The notes under the pieces were generated by a model. The model saw only the letters and a program-made list of their open reading frames with translations, searched no databases and had not been told where the DNA came from. Positions 17,284 to 25,306 of a stretch of DNA of 32,000 bases are shown here, in pieces. The stretch's first letter is position 1. Each line of letters starts with the position of its first letter. The stretch lies in NCBI GenBank assembly GCA_963663995.1, contig OY760660.1, forward strand, positions 90,001 through 122,000, written 5' to 3'. Source of the stretch: Erysipelotrichaceae bacterium. Lineage in GTDB: Bacteria; Bacillota_I; Bacilli_A; Erysipelotrichales; Erysipelotrichaceae. A program made the translations under genes and the position numbers.

Positions 17284-17293
17284 GAATAGGCTT

Positions 17294-17326
17294 AAAAAAA
17301 CGCTGATTATTGAAATCAACGTTTTT
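17294..17326. terminator. Bidirectional terminator between the hypothetical gene and amt
   Basis: AAAAAAACGCTGATT, loop ATTGA, AATCAACGTTTTT. 8 of 9 bp pair, with an A-run and a T-run flanking the stem. Confidence 0.65.
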
Positions 17327-17336
17327 AATTAAATTA

Positions 17337-18581
17337 TTATTTAACTGAGAAGCTCTTCATTTCGAAGTCAGCATATGCAGTTGAACCGTGTTCTTCAATA
17401 TCAAGACCAGCAATTTCTTCTGCTTCACTAACGCGAAGACCTAATACTAAATCAACTAATTTGAATGTGACAAATGCAGTACCAATAGCCCATGCACCTA
17501 CAGATAGAACACCAACAGCTTGGATAGCTAATTGTCCAAATCCACCACCGTAGAATAGACCACCATCAACTGCGAAGAAACCAACTAATAGAGTACCAAC
17601 AGCACCTACAACACCATGCACAGATGAAGCACCTACTGGGTCATCAATTTTGAAGACTTTATCAATAATTTCGATAGAGAAGACAACGACAACACCAGAG
17701 ATACCACCAATGAAGAATGCACCGATTGGATCAACAGCAGCACAACCAGCAGTAATACCAACAAGACCTGCTAAGGCACCATTTAAAGACATAGATACAT
17801 CTGGTTTACCAAATTGTACCCAAGAAACAATCATCGCTGCGATTGCACCAATTGCAGCTGCAAGATTAGTTGTAACAAAGATTAAGCTAATTGCTTCAGC
17901 ATCTGCTGCACTTGAAGCAGCAAGTTGTGAACCAGGGTTGAATCCAAACCATCCAAACCAAAGGATGAATACACCAAGTGCACCAAGTGTTAATGAGTGA
18001 CCTGGAATCGCATTTGATTTACCGTCTTTAGTATATTTGCCAAGACGAGGACCAAGAATCATTGCCCCAATTAATGCAGTCCAACCACCAACTGAGTGAA
18101 CAGCTGTTGAACCAGCGAAATCAATGAAGCCAGAAGCGCCAGCGATTTCAAGTGTTGATAAGAAACCGCCACCCCAGATCCAGTGACCTGAAATAGGGTA
18201 AACAAATGTTGTGATAACGAAGCTATACATTAAGTAAGAAATGAATTTTGTACGTTCTGCCATAGCACCAGAAACGATTGTAGCCGCAGTAGCTGCGAAG
18301 ACTGTTTGGAAAATCAATGATGTGTAATCATCATAGAATAAGAATCCTGAGAATCCAAATAATCCCATTTGGTCAGCACCATACATAATGCTATAACCAA
18401 CTACCCAGAACATAATTGAACCAACTGCGAAGTCCATTAAGTTCTTCATAATAATATTCCCTGCATTTTTAGCTCTTGTGAAGCCTGTTTCTACCATCGC
18501 AAAGCCAGCTTGCATAAAGAAGACTAAAGCTGCTGCAATAAGAACCCATATAGTATCTAATACGAAACTAATATCTTCCAT
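17337..18581 (-). CDS. amt: Ammonium transporter (Amt family)
   Basis: 414 aa with ~11 TM segments. Amt signatures DFAGSTAVHSVGGWTAL and GVHGVVGAVGTLLVG. SD AAAGGTGA. Directly downstream of a PII gene. Confidence 0.95.
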   Translation of the reverse strand: MEDISFVLDTIWVLIAAALVFFMQAGFAMVETGFTRAKNAGNIIMKNLMDFAVGSIMFWVVGYSIMYGADQMGLFGFSGFLFYDDYTSLIFQTVFAATAATIVSGAMAERTKFISYLMYSFVITTFVYPISGHWIWGGGFLSTLEIAGASGFIDFAGSTAVHSVGGWTALIGAMILGPRLGKYTKDGKSNAIPGHSLTLGALGVFILWFGWFGFNPGSQLAASSAADAEAISLIFVTTNLAAAIGAIAAMIVSWVQFGKPDVSMSLNGALAGLVGITAGCAAVDPIGAFFIGGISGVVVVFSIEIIDKVFKIDDPVGASSVHGVVGAVGTLLVGFFAVDGGLFYGGGFGQLAIQAVGVLSVGAWAIGTAFVTFKLVDLVLGLRVSEAEEIAGLDIEEHGSTAYADFEMKSFSVK

Positions 18582-18595
18582 TGTTTTTCACCTTT

Positions 18596-18943
18596 TTAAA
18601 GCGCTTTAACGCCTTCCTCTCCAGTACGTACTTTGATTACGTTCTCAACAGGGTAGATGAAGATTTTGCCATCTCCAATTTCACCTGTTCTTAATACTTC
18701 TAAAGCTGTATCAACAACTTTTTGAACGGGTACTTCACACACAACGATTTCTACACGTGACTTAGGTAGTAAATCAATACTGTACTCAGATCCTCTGTAG
18801 TACTCAGTTTTACCTTTTTGAAGTCCACAGCCAAGAACATTAGTGAATGTCATACCTGTAATACCGATAGCATTCAACGCCTCTTTTAGTGCTTCAATTT
18901 TGCTTGGGCGAGTAATGATATCTACTTTTGTAATCTTATCCAT
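18596..18943 (-). CDS. glnK: PII nitrogen regulatory protein (Amt-linked)
   Basis: MDKITKVDIITRPSKIEALKEALNAIGITGMTFTNVLGCGLQKGKTEYYRGSEY...GDGKIFIYPVENVIKVRTGEEG is a PII fold with a T-loop Tyr. I moved the start to ATG 18943, 6 nt after AGGAGG. The track start at 19018 adds 25 unlikely residues. Confidence 0.9.
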   Translation of the reverse strand: MDKITKVDIITRPSKIEALKEALNAIGITGMTFTNVLGCGLQKGKTEYYRGSEYSIDLLPKSRVEIVVCEVPVQKVVDTALEVLRTGEIGDGKIFIYPVENVIKVRTGEEGVKAL

Positions 18944-18997
18944 AATCATCCTCCTTTGATTGTTTTCATAACCCTTTGTAAAGTATCCGTTATGAAT

Positions 18998-19017
18998 TGT
19001 TAGCAATATAGCAAACA
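18998..19017. promoter_or_regulatory. 20-bp imperfect palindrome in the PII-amt leader (candidate nitrogen-regulator operator)
   Basis: TGTTAGCAATATAGCAAACA is self-complementary at 16 of 20 positions (TGTTwGCwATATwGCwAACA). It lies 55-75 nt upstream of the PII start and downstream of a minus-strand TATAAT at 19104..19099. Confidence 0.3.
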
Positions 19018-19217
19018 CCTATAACTAACGCAATAGTAAAAATGAAAAAAAGTGTAAAAATATGAAAAATAATTACTGAAAACGCTTTGAAAAGTTTGAT
19101 TATATCTATAAAGTTGAAATATATATTAAAAAGATATGAAAATAAATAAGAAATACATTAAATATATAAAATTAATTGATAAATTCACGAGTTCTTTTAA
19201 TTTCATATTAAATAGAT

Positions 19218-19246
19218 ATAAAAAGAAACTATTTGCATAGTTTCTT
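19218..19246 (-). terminator. Terminator after the MBL hydrolase gene
   Basis: Minus strand AAGAAACTAT, loop GCAA, ATAGTTTCTT, followed by TTTTAT. Confidence 0.65.
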
Positions 19247-19253
19247 GATCTAT

Positions 19254-19955
19254 TTATTGTACGTATAGTGAAATGTTTTTGTATACGTATTTCTTTACTT
19301 TATATTCAAATCTTTCCTCAGGTAAGCCCTCAAGATCATTCTTTAAGAGTTTTTCAACAGCTTCTATGAGTTCTTGAATCATACTTGGTTTAAATTCTAG
19401 GTCATTATGTGAAGCATATATTACGTCTAAGTCACTCAAGTATTGTACTTTCTTTAAACTATTTAAATAATCTTTTAGATCTCTACCATCTCCAAACATA
19501 AAGACAGGACCAACCTGTAAGCTATCTCCACCAATCATAAAGTGTTTGCTTTTTTCATATAAAGCAATACTACCAGGGGTATGACCAGGGATAAGGATCA
19601 CTTCAAAGTGATAGTCAGCTATATCTACCATATCATGTTCTTTTATTTCAATCATCTTGACAGGATTTTCAAAACGTTTTAAATAATGTTGAATTTCAAG
19701 CGGATGCATATAACTAATATCGAATTGATGTACACCACCGACATGATCTCCATCAGAGTGTGTATAAATAACTTCGATTGGAAGATTGGTTATTTCTTCA
19801 ACAGCTTGTTTTAAGTCATCTCTGCCCAATCCTGTATCAATAAGAATTGCTTTATCTTTTCCAATCATTAAAAAACTTCTAACTAAGCCAGCACTCATTA
19901 AATGTTCAAAACAATAGATATTATCTCTTACTAAATAGGGTTTATTCATAGCCAT
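19254..19955 (-). CDS. MBL-fold metallo-hydrolase
   Basis: The YTHSDGDHVGG (HxxxDH-type) motif plus downstream PGHTPGS and ASH are characteristic of the metallo-beta-lactamase fold. SD AGAGGT. Confidence 0.8.
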   Translation of the reverse strand: MAMNKPYLVRDNIYCFEHLMSAGLVRSFLMIGKDKAILIDTGLGRDDLKQAVEEITNLPIEVIYTHSDGDHVGGVHQFDISYMHPLEIQHYLKRFENPVKMIEIKEHDMVDIADYHFEVILIPGHTPGSIALYEKSKHFMIGGDSLQVGPVFMFGDGRDLKDYLNSLKKVQYLSDLDVIYASHNDLEFKPSMIQELIEAVEKLLKNDLEGLPEERFEYKVKKYVYKNISLYVQ

Positions 19956-20003
19956 AGTATTTACCTCTACAAATTAATATAAACCAATTAATCTTTAAAT
20001 AAA

Positions 20004-20029
20004 AAAATCATGCTTAAAAACATGATTTT
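20004..20029. terminator. Hairpin terminator after the aminotransferase gene
   Basis: AAAATCATG, 8-nt loop, CATGATTTT, with A/T runs on both sides. Confidence 0.6.
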
Positions 20030-20054
20030 AATATTTTTATATAGATAGATTTGG

Positions 20055-21248
20055 TTATTTTTCTGGATATTCATTTTTCACAAACGATTCAAGAGCACTT
20101 AAACTTTTTAAAACTTTTTCAGTATCGACGCAGTAAGCCATTCTAAAATAACCATTTACCCCAAAACTATCCGATGGAACTAAGATCAAATTATATTTCC
20201 GAGCTTTCATACAAAAAGCATTGGCATCATCTTCTAAGGCTTTGGGAAGAATATAGAAGGTACCACCTGGTTTTACAACTTCAAAACCAAGTTCAATTAA
20301 TTTCTCATAGATAAGATTCATATTGGTTTCATAAATGCTTAAATCAGATGTTTTATCTAAGACTTCAGCAATCGCTAATTGAATGGCTGAGGCAGGACAG
20401 TTATGACCAATGCCACGACTGATTTGTCCAAACATCGCAACTAGAACATCGCTATCAATAGCTTTTGGATTAACCGCAATATAGCCAATACGCTCTCCAG
20501 GTAAACTTAAACTCTTAGAAAATGAATAACAAGATAATGTATTGTCATAGAAATGACTTGGATAAACAGCTTCATTTCCTTCAAATAATATTTCACGGTA
20601 AGGTTCATCACTAATGATGAAAATTTCATGTCCATATTCTTTTTCTTTCTCTTTAAGAATTTGACATAATTCAAAGATCGTTTCTTTAGAATAGGCTATC
20701 CCCGATGGATTATTTGGAGTATTGATAATAACGGCGTTAACTTTGGGATTAAGTAATGCTTTAAAGGCGTCAAAGTTTATTTGAAAGTCACTGGTATTTG
20801 CTTCAACAATTTTTAAGATTGCACCTGTTTTGCCAACATATTGAGCATATTCAGGGAAGTAAGGGGCAAAGGTAATGACTTCATCACCAGCTTTTGTGAC
20901 AGCACGAAGTGAATGCGCCATTGATGAAGCAGCTCCATTGGTCATGAAGATGTGTTTTGTTTCATAGTTCATGTCGAAGCGTTTGTTTAAACTTAAAGCG
21001 ACTTTTGTGCGAACACTTGTAATTCCTAAAGAGGGTGAATATCCATGAATACTAACAGGATCTTCATTTTTTAATAGTTCAATTAATGTTTGAGTGAATT
21101 TATCATGCGTTGGAACAGAAGGGTTACCCAGTGAATAGTTAAAGACATTTTCTGCACCGATTTCTGATGCTAACTCTATGGCGAACTCAAATTGTTCACG
21201 AATAACGGATTTGCCACCTAATAATTTTTTGTAGTCTTGATTTATCAT
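20055..21248 (-). CDS. Class I/II PLP-dependent aminotransferase (AspC-like)
   Basis: NTPNNPSG and the SFSKSLSLPGERIGY motif with the PLP lysine. 397 aa. Confidence 0.85.
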   Translation of the reverse strand: MINQDYKKLLGGKSVIREQFEFAIELASEIGAENVFNYSLGNPSVPTHDKFTQTLIELLKNEDPVSIHGYSPSLGITSVRTKVALSLNKRFDMNYETKHIFMTNGAASSMAHSLRAVTKAGDEVITFAPYFPEYAQYVGKTGAILKIVEANTSDFQINFDAFKALLNPKVNAVIINTPNNPSGIAYSKETIFELCQILKEKEKEYGHEIFIISDEPYREILFEGNEAVYPSHFYDNTLSCYSFSKSLSLPGERIGYIAVNPKAIDSDVLVAMFGQISRGIGHNCPASAIQLAIAEVLDKTSDLSIYETNMNLIYEKLIELGFEVVKPGGTFYILPKALEDDANAFCMKARKYNLILVPSDSFGVNGYFRMAYCVDTEKVLKSLSALESFVKNEYPEK

Positions 21249-21262
21249 TGTTTATTTTTCCT

Positions 21263-22249
21263 TTATCTATTTACGATATGATCGGGTTCTTCACGATTGA
21301 TCATTTTTCTAATATTTGACCATATCATCGCATAACCTCTTTTGAAACTAGAAGCTGTAATTCCACCAATATGGGGACTAAAGAGTATTTTATCCTTAAT
21401 TTCTAAATCTGTAATTAAACAATTATCTTTTTGGACTGGTTCATCAGCAATACAATCTAAACCTGCCATCTTAATTTTGCCTGATTTGAGTGCTTGAATT
21501 AAATCGATACTATTAACGAGTTCGCCACGAGCTGTATTAATCAAGTACGAACCATCTTTCATTTTGCTGAAGAAATCTTTATTTATACTGTTTCGTGTTT
21601 GGTCGTTAACCGGAATATGGAGTGAAATGAAATCACAGTCTTTTAAGAGTTCATCAAGTGGTAAATATTGAACATTATAACGCTCTTCAACTTCTGAATC
21701 CGCTTGATGATGTGAATAATAACAGACATCAGCTCCAAATGCATTTAATAATTGAGCAGTACTTTTTGCGATATCACCAAAGCCATATAAACCAATTTTG
21801 AAATCAGCTAATTCAAATAGATTAGCATTTTTCATATATTTCTCTTTAGTGATAATTTGACTAGCATTACGTACAGATTGATCCCCAGCTGCCACATCTT
21901 TGAGTACGCCTAACATTAATAATAGTGTTTGTTCAGCGACAGCCATTGCATTCATGCCTTTACAATTACAAACATAAACACCTTTATCACTGGCAGCTTC
22001 TAAATCAATGAAGTTATAACCAACTCCCTCAGAATGAATCATTTTAAGATGTGTCATTTGTTGTATTAGATTTGCACTGACTTTAGACATGGCATCAACA
22101 ATAATGAAGTCTGCATCTTGTCCATCTTTTAAATATTCGTCATCACTCAAGCCATTTTCACAGTCAACGATTTCAAGTTCGCTGATAATGTCGTGTGGAT
22201 TTGAGAAACGATCAATATTACCTTTTTTACCAATGTGTAATATTTTCAT
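21263..22249 (-). CDS. D-isomer-specific 2-hydroxyacid dehydrogenase family protein
   Basis: NAD-binding GLYGFGDIAKSTAQLL. Catalytic-region motifs NTARGELV and SPHIGG. SD GGAGGA. 14 nt upstream of the aminotransferase gene, so probably one operon. Confidence 0.85.
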   Translation of the reverse strand: MKILHIGKKGNIDRFSNPHDIISELEIVDCENGLSDDEYLKDGQDADFIIVDAMSKVSANLIQQMTHLKMIHSEGVGYNFIDLEAASDKGVYVCNCKGMNAMAVAEQTLLLMLGVLKDVAAGDQSVRNASQIITKEKYMKNANLFELADFKIGLYGFGDIAKSTAQLLNAFGADVCYYSHHQADSEVEERYNVQYLPLDELLKDCDFISLHIPVNDQTRNSINKDFFSKMKDGSYLINTARGELVNSIDLIQALKSGKIKMAGLDCIADEPVQKDNCLITDLEIKDKILFSPHIGGITASSFKRGYAMIWSNIRKMINREEPDHIVNR

Positions 22250-22300
22250 GGTCTTCCTCCAAAAAAAAGATATTTTTCAATATCTTTTATCATAAAGCAA

Positions 22301-22942
22301 TTAACTATCAAAATAAAACTCATTATTCATATTTTCAGCATCTTTAAGTCTGACATCTATGAGATTTCTAAGATGTTCAACATGCTCAATTAATTCTTTC
22401 ATCAGTGTTTTATCCAATTGATTTTCTTCAACCATCAAGCACATTTTTGAAATGACCTCTTCATTGTCTAGGGAGATACGATAAGGTCTATGTTCTGATA
22501 GAGCGCTAAAGACATCTGAGATTTGAATTATACGAGATTGATTACTGATTTGATCAGCATTTAAATGATCTAGATAGCCACTACCATCTAGTCGTTCATG
22601 ATGTTCACCTAACCAATTAGCGATTTCTTCAAATCCATCCACTTTTTCAATGACCATTTTAGAATAATAAGAATGTTTCTTGATTAAGTCATATTCTTCT
22701 TCACTGAGTGGTCCTTCTTTATCAATGATTTCATTTGGGACAACTAGTTTTCCTAAATCATGGAGTAAGCCAGCTAAATAAAAATAGGCAGTGTCTTCTT
22801 CAGAATACCCTAAACATTTTGCGAGATACTCAGCAACATTTGCGACATTTTCTGAGTGTCGAGCTGTAAAGGTAGACTTTGCATCAACTAATTTGGAATA
22901 GGTTGACGCAATCGAAATTAAATCAGCTAAATTATAAGACAT
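22301..22942 (-). CDS. HD-GYP-type phosphohydrolase domain ORF (distal part of a split gene)
   Basis: RHSENVANVAEYLAK...GLLHDLGKLVVPNEIIDKEGPLSEEEYDLIKKHSYY...HHERLDGSGYLDHL gives the HD plus HHExxDGxGY motifs of HD-GYP (GYL in place of GYP). Confidence 0.7.
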   Translation of the reverse strand: MSYNLADLISIASTYSKLVDAKSTFTARHSENVANVAEYLAKCLGYSEEDTAYFYLAGLLHDLGKLVVPNEIIDKEGPLSEEEYDLIKKHSYYSKMVIEKVDGFEEIANWLGEHHERLDGSGYLDHLNADQISNQSRIIQISDVFSALSEHRPYRISLDNEEVISKMCLMVEENQLDKTLMKELIEHVEHLRNLIDVRLKDAENMNNEFYFDS

Positions 22943-23038
22943 TTGATTGTTAGCGCTTAAATCGATTAAGAATTGATCATTATCTGATATATGGCTTAAA
23001 CATTCCCAAAATGTCTTGTTTTTTGCGATGTTTTTAAA

Positions 23039-23527
23039 TTACTGAACTAATTGTGGATCAAAGTGATCACTACTGTCTAGTGACTTCTGAATTTCGTTTA
23101 CTTGATTTTCGATAGGTAATTCTTGATTTATCATCAAATCTATACGATCAGCAAGATAAATGATTCGACTTTCTAGTGGAATATTTTCACCCACTAAACC
23201 ATTTTGGTTTAATCCGCTAAATCGATTACGATGTGATCTTACAATTTCTGCTAGTTGACTAAAGAAAGTAGATTCTTTTAGAATTTTATAACCTTCTTGA
23301 GCATGTTCAAAAATGAAATCATCATTATCATCGATGATGATTTGTTGTTTTTCATTCCAATGAATGGCTGCACCTATATCATGAATTAAAACCGCAAATA
23401 CTAAATTAGTAATTTGCTTATTTGATAACTTCAATTCTACAGCAATCACTTGAGAAATATATGCAACACCTAAGTGATGTTTTAAAATCCCAGGATTAGA
23501 AAGTTCCAGGGTTGCAGATAAGCTCAT
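23039..23527 (-). CDS. HD-domain ORF (proximal part of a split gene)
   Basis: LKHHLGVAYISQVIAVELKL...VLIHDIGA...SHRNRFSG...IIYLADRID is an HD-type metal-dependent phosphohydrolase-like domain. No SD is visible. Confidence 0.7.
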   Translation of the reverse strand: MSLSATLELSNPGILKHHLGVAYISQVIAVELKLSNKQITNLVFAVLIHDIGAAIHWNEKQQIIIDDNDDFIFEHAQEGYKILKESTFFSQLAEIVRSHRNRFSGLNQNGLVGENIPLESRIIYLADRIDLMINQELPIENQVNEIQKSLDSSDHFDPQLVQ

Positions 23528-23621
23528 AATTAAATTGACTGGATTAAAATGATTAGTCGGTTTGATATAAATTCCTTATACCTATATTAGGTATATATAG
23601 TTAATATTCTATCAAAATATT

Positions 23622-24101
23622 CTATAAACCTAGTCTTTCTATCCATATATAATGTTGTGGATATAGCTTTCTTAATTGATCTTTCTTATAAAGTTCGAAT
23701 TCATTATAAAGAAATCCAGGGCTAACAATGCATGCGACTAAACTATTTCCTTTATTAGGCACAAAAGATCCAAAGATGGCTCCTGCTTTAACCACAGCCT
23801 GTTGGACACAATTTTCTGCAAAGCCCAAATGTATTATCTCAAGTTTTCCATCTGTGTGAATACAAACTACATCCAAAGGATCTCCTTTTTGATGAATCCA
23901 TATTTCATCAGATTGTAACTTAAGGAAATGAGATACTTCATTGCCATATAAGAAGAAAAGGATAGAGGTATAAAGGGGTCTTGTTTCTCTACCAACTAAA
24001 TCGATCATTTCCTCTGCTTTTAAAGTCTCTTTAAAATACCCACCTTCAGGGTGGATTTCTAATTGATACTTTTCAATATATTGCAGTGTTTCTTTTTTCA
24101 T
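23622..24101 (-). CDS. Cupin superfamily protein (DUF985-like)
   Basis: YIEKYQLEIHPEGGYFKET...YTSILFFL fits the DUF985/cupin_5 N-terminal pattern. 159 aa. Confidence 0.75.
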   Translation of the reverse strand: MKKETLQYIEKYQLEIHPEGGYFKETLKAEEMIDLVGRETRPLYTSILFFLYGNEVSHFLKLQSDEIWIHQKGDPLDVVCIHTDGKLEIIHLGFAENCVQQAVVKAGAIFGSFVPNKGNSLVACIVSPGFLYNEFELYKKDQLRKLYPQHYIWIERLGL

Positions 24102-24193
24102 ATAGCCTCTTTTATACTATTTAAATATTCATATTAAACATCTTGTTGTTTTATAATCCAACAATATCATTAAACATAATTGTTTAAAATAAA

Positions 24194-24222
24194 AACCCTT
24201 TTAGAAAAATCTCAAAAAGGGT
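24194..24222 (-). terminator. Terminator downstream of tRNA-Ser
   Basis: AACCCTTTT, 11-nt loop, AAAAGGGTT. On the minus strand a T-rich run follows (TTTTATTTTAAACA). Confidence 0.6.
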
Positions 24223-24235
24223 TAATTTTACTATC

Positions 24236-24323
24236 TGGCGGAGGACATGAGATTCGAACTCACGGAAGCTTGCACTTCGCCACCTTTCCAAGATGGTGCC
24301 TTAAACCGCTCGGCCAATCCTCC
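24236..24323 (-). tRNA. tRNA-Ser (anticodon GGA), class II with long variable arm, CCA encoded
   Basis: The minus strand reads GGAGGATTGGCCGAGCGGTTTAAGGCACCATCTTGGAAAGGTGGCGAAGTGCAAGCTTCCGTGAGTTCGAATCTCATGTCCTCCGCCA. Acceptor GGAGGAT/GTCCTCC. Anticodon stem CCATC/GGTGG with loop TTGGAAA. T-arm GTGAG-TTCGAAT-CTCAT. Confidence 0.9.
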
Positions 24324-24427
24324 AGCGCTTTGTTATTATATCGAAAAAGACAGTCATTGTCATCTTTTATTACTTATTTTGAAGTGTCCTTCAACACTTC
24401 AGTTTTTAATTATGATAGCGTATAGAT

Positions 24428-25096
24428 ATGTTAGAAGAAATTATTGAACAATTAAAAACGCAATCAAAAGAATCTGTTATAAAAATTTATCAACGGCAAG
24501 GTATTAAGGAAGAGATTTTAGGCGTTCAGAAAGGTATTATTCGAAAGCTTGCTAAAGAACTCAAACAAAATCATGAACTTGCTTTAAAGTTATGGGATTC
24601 TAATATTTATGAAGCTCGTATCTTAGCAATAGAACTCTTTGATGCGGATCTATTTGAAATAGCTGATATAAAAAGATTAGTTGATTCAACGGATTCAATT
24701 ACTCTTTTAGATGAATTAACATTAACAATCTTTGAATCCATTTATCCAAGAATTGATGTATTAGATTTGTGGAAGCATGAAAAGGATTTAAAGTTAGTAC
24801 GCTCAGCATGGAATGCTGCAATAGCGAATGTAATTACAAAGAAATATGATGAAAAGCAACTTGATCAACTATTATTAGCGATTGATAAAACAATCCTAAA
24901 AAGGGATGAATTGGTACAGTATGCAATGAATCGATGTGTAGTTGAAGTTGGTGTTAGAAATAGTAAATTTACTGAGCGTTGTTTATCTTTAGGAGAGAAA
25001 TGGGGGTTGTATAAAGATATGAAAGTATCTAAAGGTTGTACATCACCTTATATTCCTGATTGGATGAATGCAGTTTTAAAAAGAAAATCTAGATAA
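24428..25096 (+). CDS. DNA alkylation repair protein (AlkD-like HEAT-repeat family)
   Basis: The 222-aa all-helical protein reads ...VIKIYQRQGIKEEILGVQKGIIRKLAKELKQNHELALKLWDSNIYEARILAIELFD..., which fits the DNA_alkylation family pattern. Confidence 0.75.
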   Translation: MLEEIIEQLKTQSKESVIKIYQRQGIKEEILGVQKGIIRKLAKELKQNHELALKLWDSNIYEARILAIELFDADLFEIADIKRLVDSTDSITLLDELTLTIFESIYPRIDVLDLWKHEKDLKLVRSAWNAAIANVITKKYDEKQLDQLLLAIDKTILKRDELVQYAMNRCVVEVGVRNSKFTERCLSLGEKWGLYKDMKVSKGCTSPYIPDWMNAVLKRKSR

Positions 25097-25121
25097 AAGG
25101 TCAAGTAAGATTGACCTTTTA
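25095..25121 (+). terminator. Terminator after the AlkD-like gene
   Basis: AAAAGGTCAA, loop GTAAGA, TTGACCTTTT. Confidence 0.65.
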
Positions 25122-25151
25122 TCTTACATATAATAAGATTATAAAGCACAC

Positions 25152-25236
25152 GCCCGAGTGGTGAAATCGGTAGACGCAGTGGACTCAAAATCCACCGCCG
25201 CAAGGCATGACGGTTCGAGTCCGTCCTCGGGCACCA
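25152..25236 (+). tRNA. tRNA-Leu (anticodon CAA), class II, CCA encoded
   Basis: GCCCGAGTGGTGAAATCGGTAGACGCAGTGGACTCAAAATCCACCGCCGCAAGGCATGACGGTTCGAGTCCGTCCTCGGGCACCA. Acceptor GCCCGAG/CTCGGGC. Anticodon stem GTGGA/TCCAC with loop CTCAAAA. T-loop GGTTCGAGTCC. Confidence 0.9.
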
Positions 25237-25242
25237 GTGATT

Positions 25243-25270
25243 TTCAGTAAGATTCAGTAACTTTCAGTTA
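25243..25270 (+). repeat. Three tandem 10-bp units (TTCAGTAAga, TTCAGTAAct, TTCAGTTAat) immediately 3' of tRNA-Leu
   Basis: Exact 10-bp phasing at 25243, 25253 and 25263. The last unit overlaps the start of the 42-bp direct repeat. Confidence 0.75.
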
Positions 25271-25306
25271 ATTATCGACTGTAAACAACGAGAGATCGTT
25301 GTTTTT
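25265..25306 (+). repeat. Direct repeat, left copy (contains the tRNA-Leu terminator hairpin AACAACGA/TCGTTGTT plus T-run)
   Basis: CAGTTAATTATCGACTGTAAACAACGAGAGATCGTTGTTTTT matches 28742..28783 at 36 of 42 positions by hand alignment without gaps. Confidence 0.8.

Larger units (their letters stand above)
22301..23527 (-). pseudogene. Tandem HD / HD-GYP gene interrupted by one in-frame TAA (23041..23039)
   Basis: The 96 nt between the two ORFs (23038..22943) are in the same frame with no other stop: ...DPQLVQ*FKNIAKNKTFWECLSHISDNDQFLIDLSANNQMSYNLADL... Reading through would give a 407-aa two-domain protein. Confidence 0.55.

Noticed and set aside
10191-18000. Antisense or internal ORFs 10191..10412, 15080..15502 and 17650..18000, plus 4821..5015, 6313..6513, 7095..7301, 8996..9196, 9299..9502 and 22089..22295 elsewhere
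   Set aside because: Each is nested within, or antisense to, a longer gene with clear family motifs (PBP, MFS, Amt, MtlR, MtlF, MtlD, DUF438 protein, dehydrogenase). None has a ribosome-binding site or a recognisable domain.
19019-19253. The 235-bp very AT-rich intergenic region with repeated ATATGAAAA(A)TAA, considered as a small-ORF or sRNA locus
   Set aside because: There is no ORF with an SD and no hairpin-plus-T-run sRNA signature other than the MBL-gene terminator. The repeats are compatible with low-complexity AT-rich promoter/UP-element DNA.
23039-23041. Alternative genetic code or programmed TAA readthrough as the explanation for the split HD gene
   Set aside because: TAA terminates many well-defined genes in this window, for example mtlD, the small secreted protein and the IMPase-family gene. 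A nonsense mutation or sequencing error is the more economical explanation. Readthrough cannot be excluded but the sequence does not support it.
24180-24447. Two plus-strand ORFs (81 and 66 aa)
   Set aside because: They run antisense across the tRNA-Ser(GGA) gene and its terminator, which is a typical artefact.
25243-25270. Possible mini CRISPR or tandem array (TTCAGTWA x3)
   Set aside because: The units are only 10 bp long, with no spacers of CRISPR size and no cas genes. I kept it as a short tandem repeat and possible recombinase arm-site.
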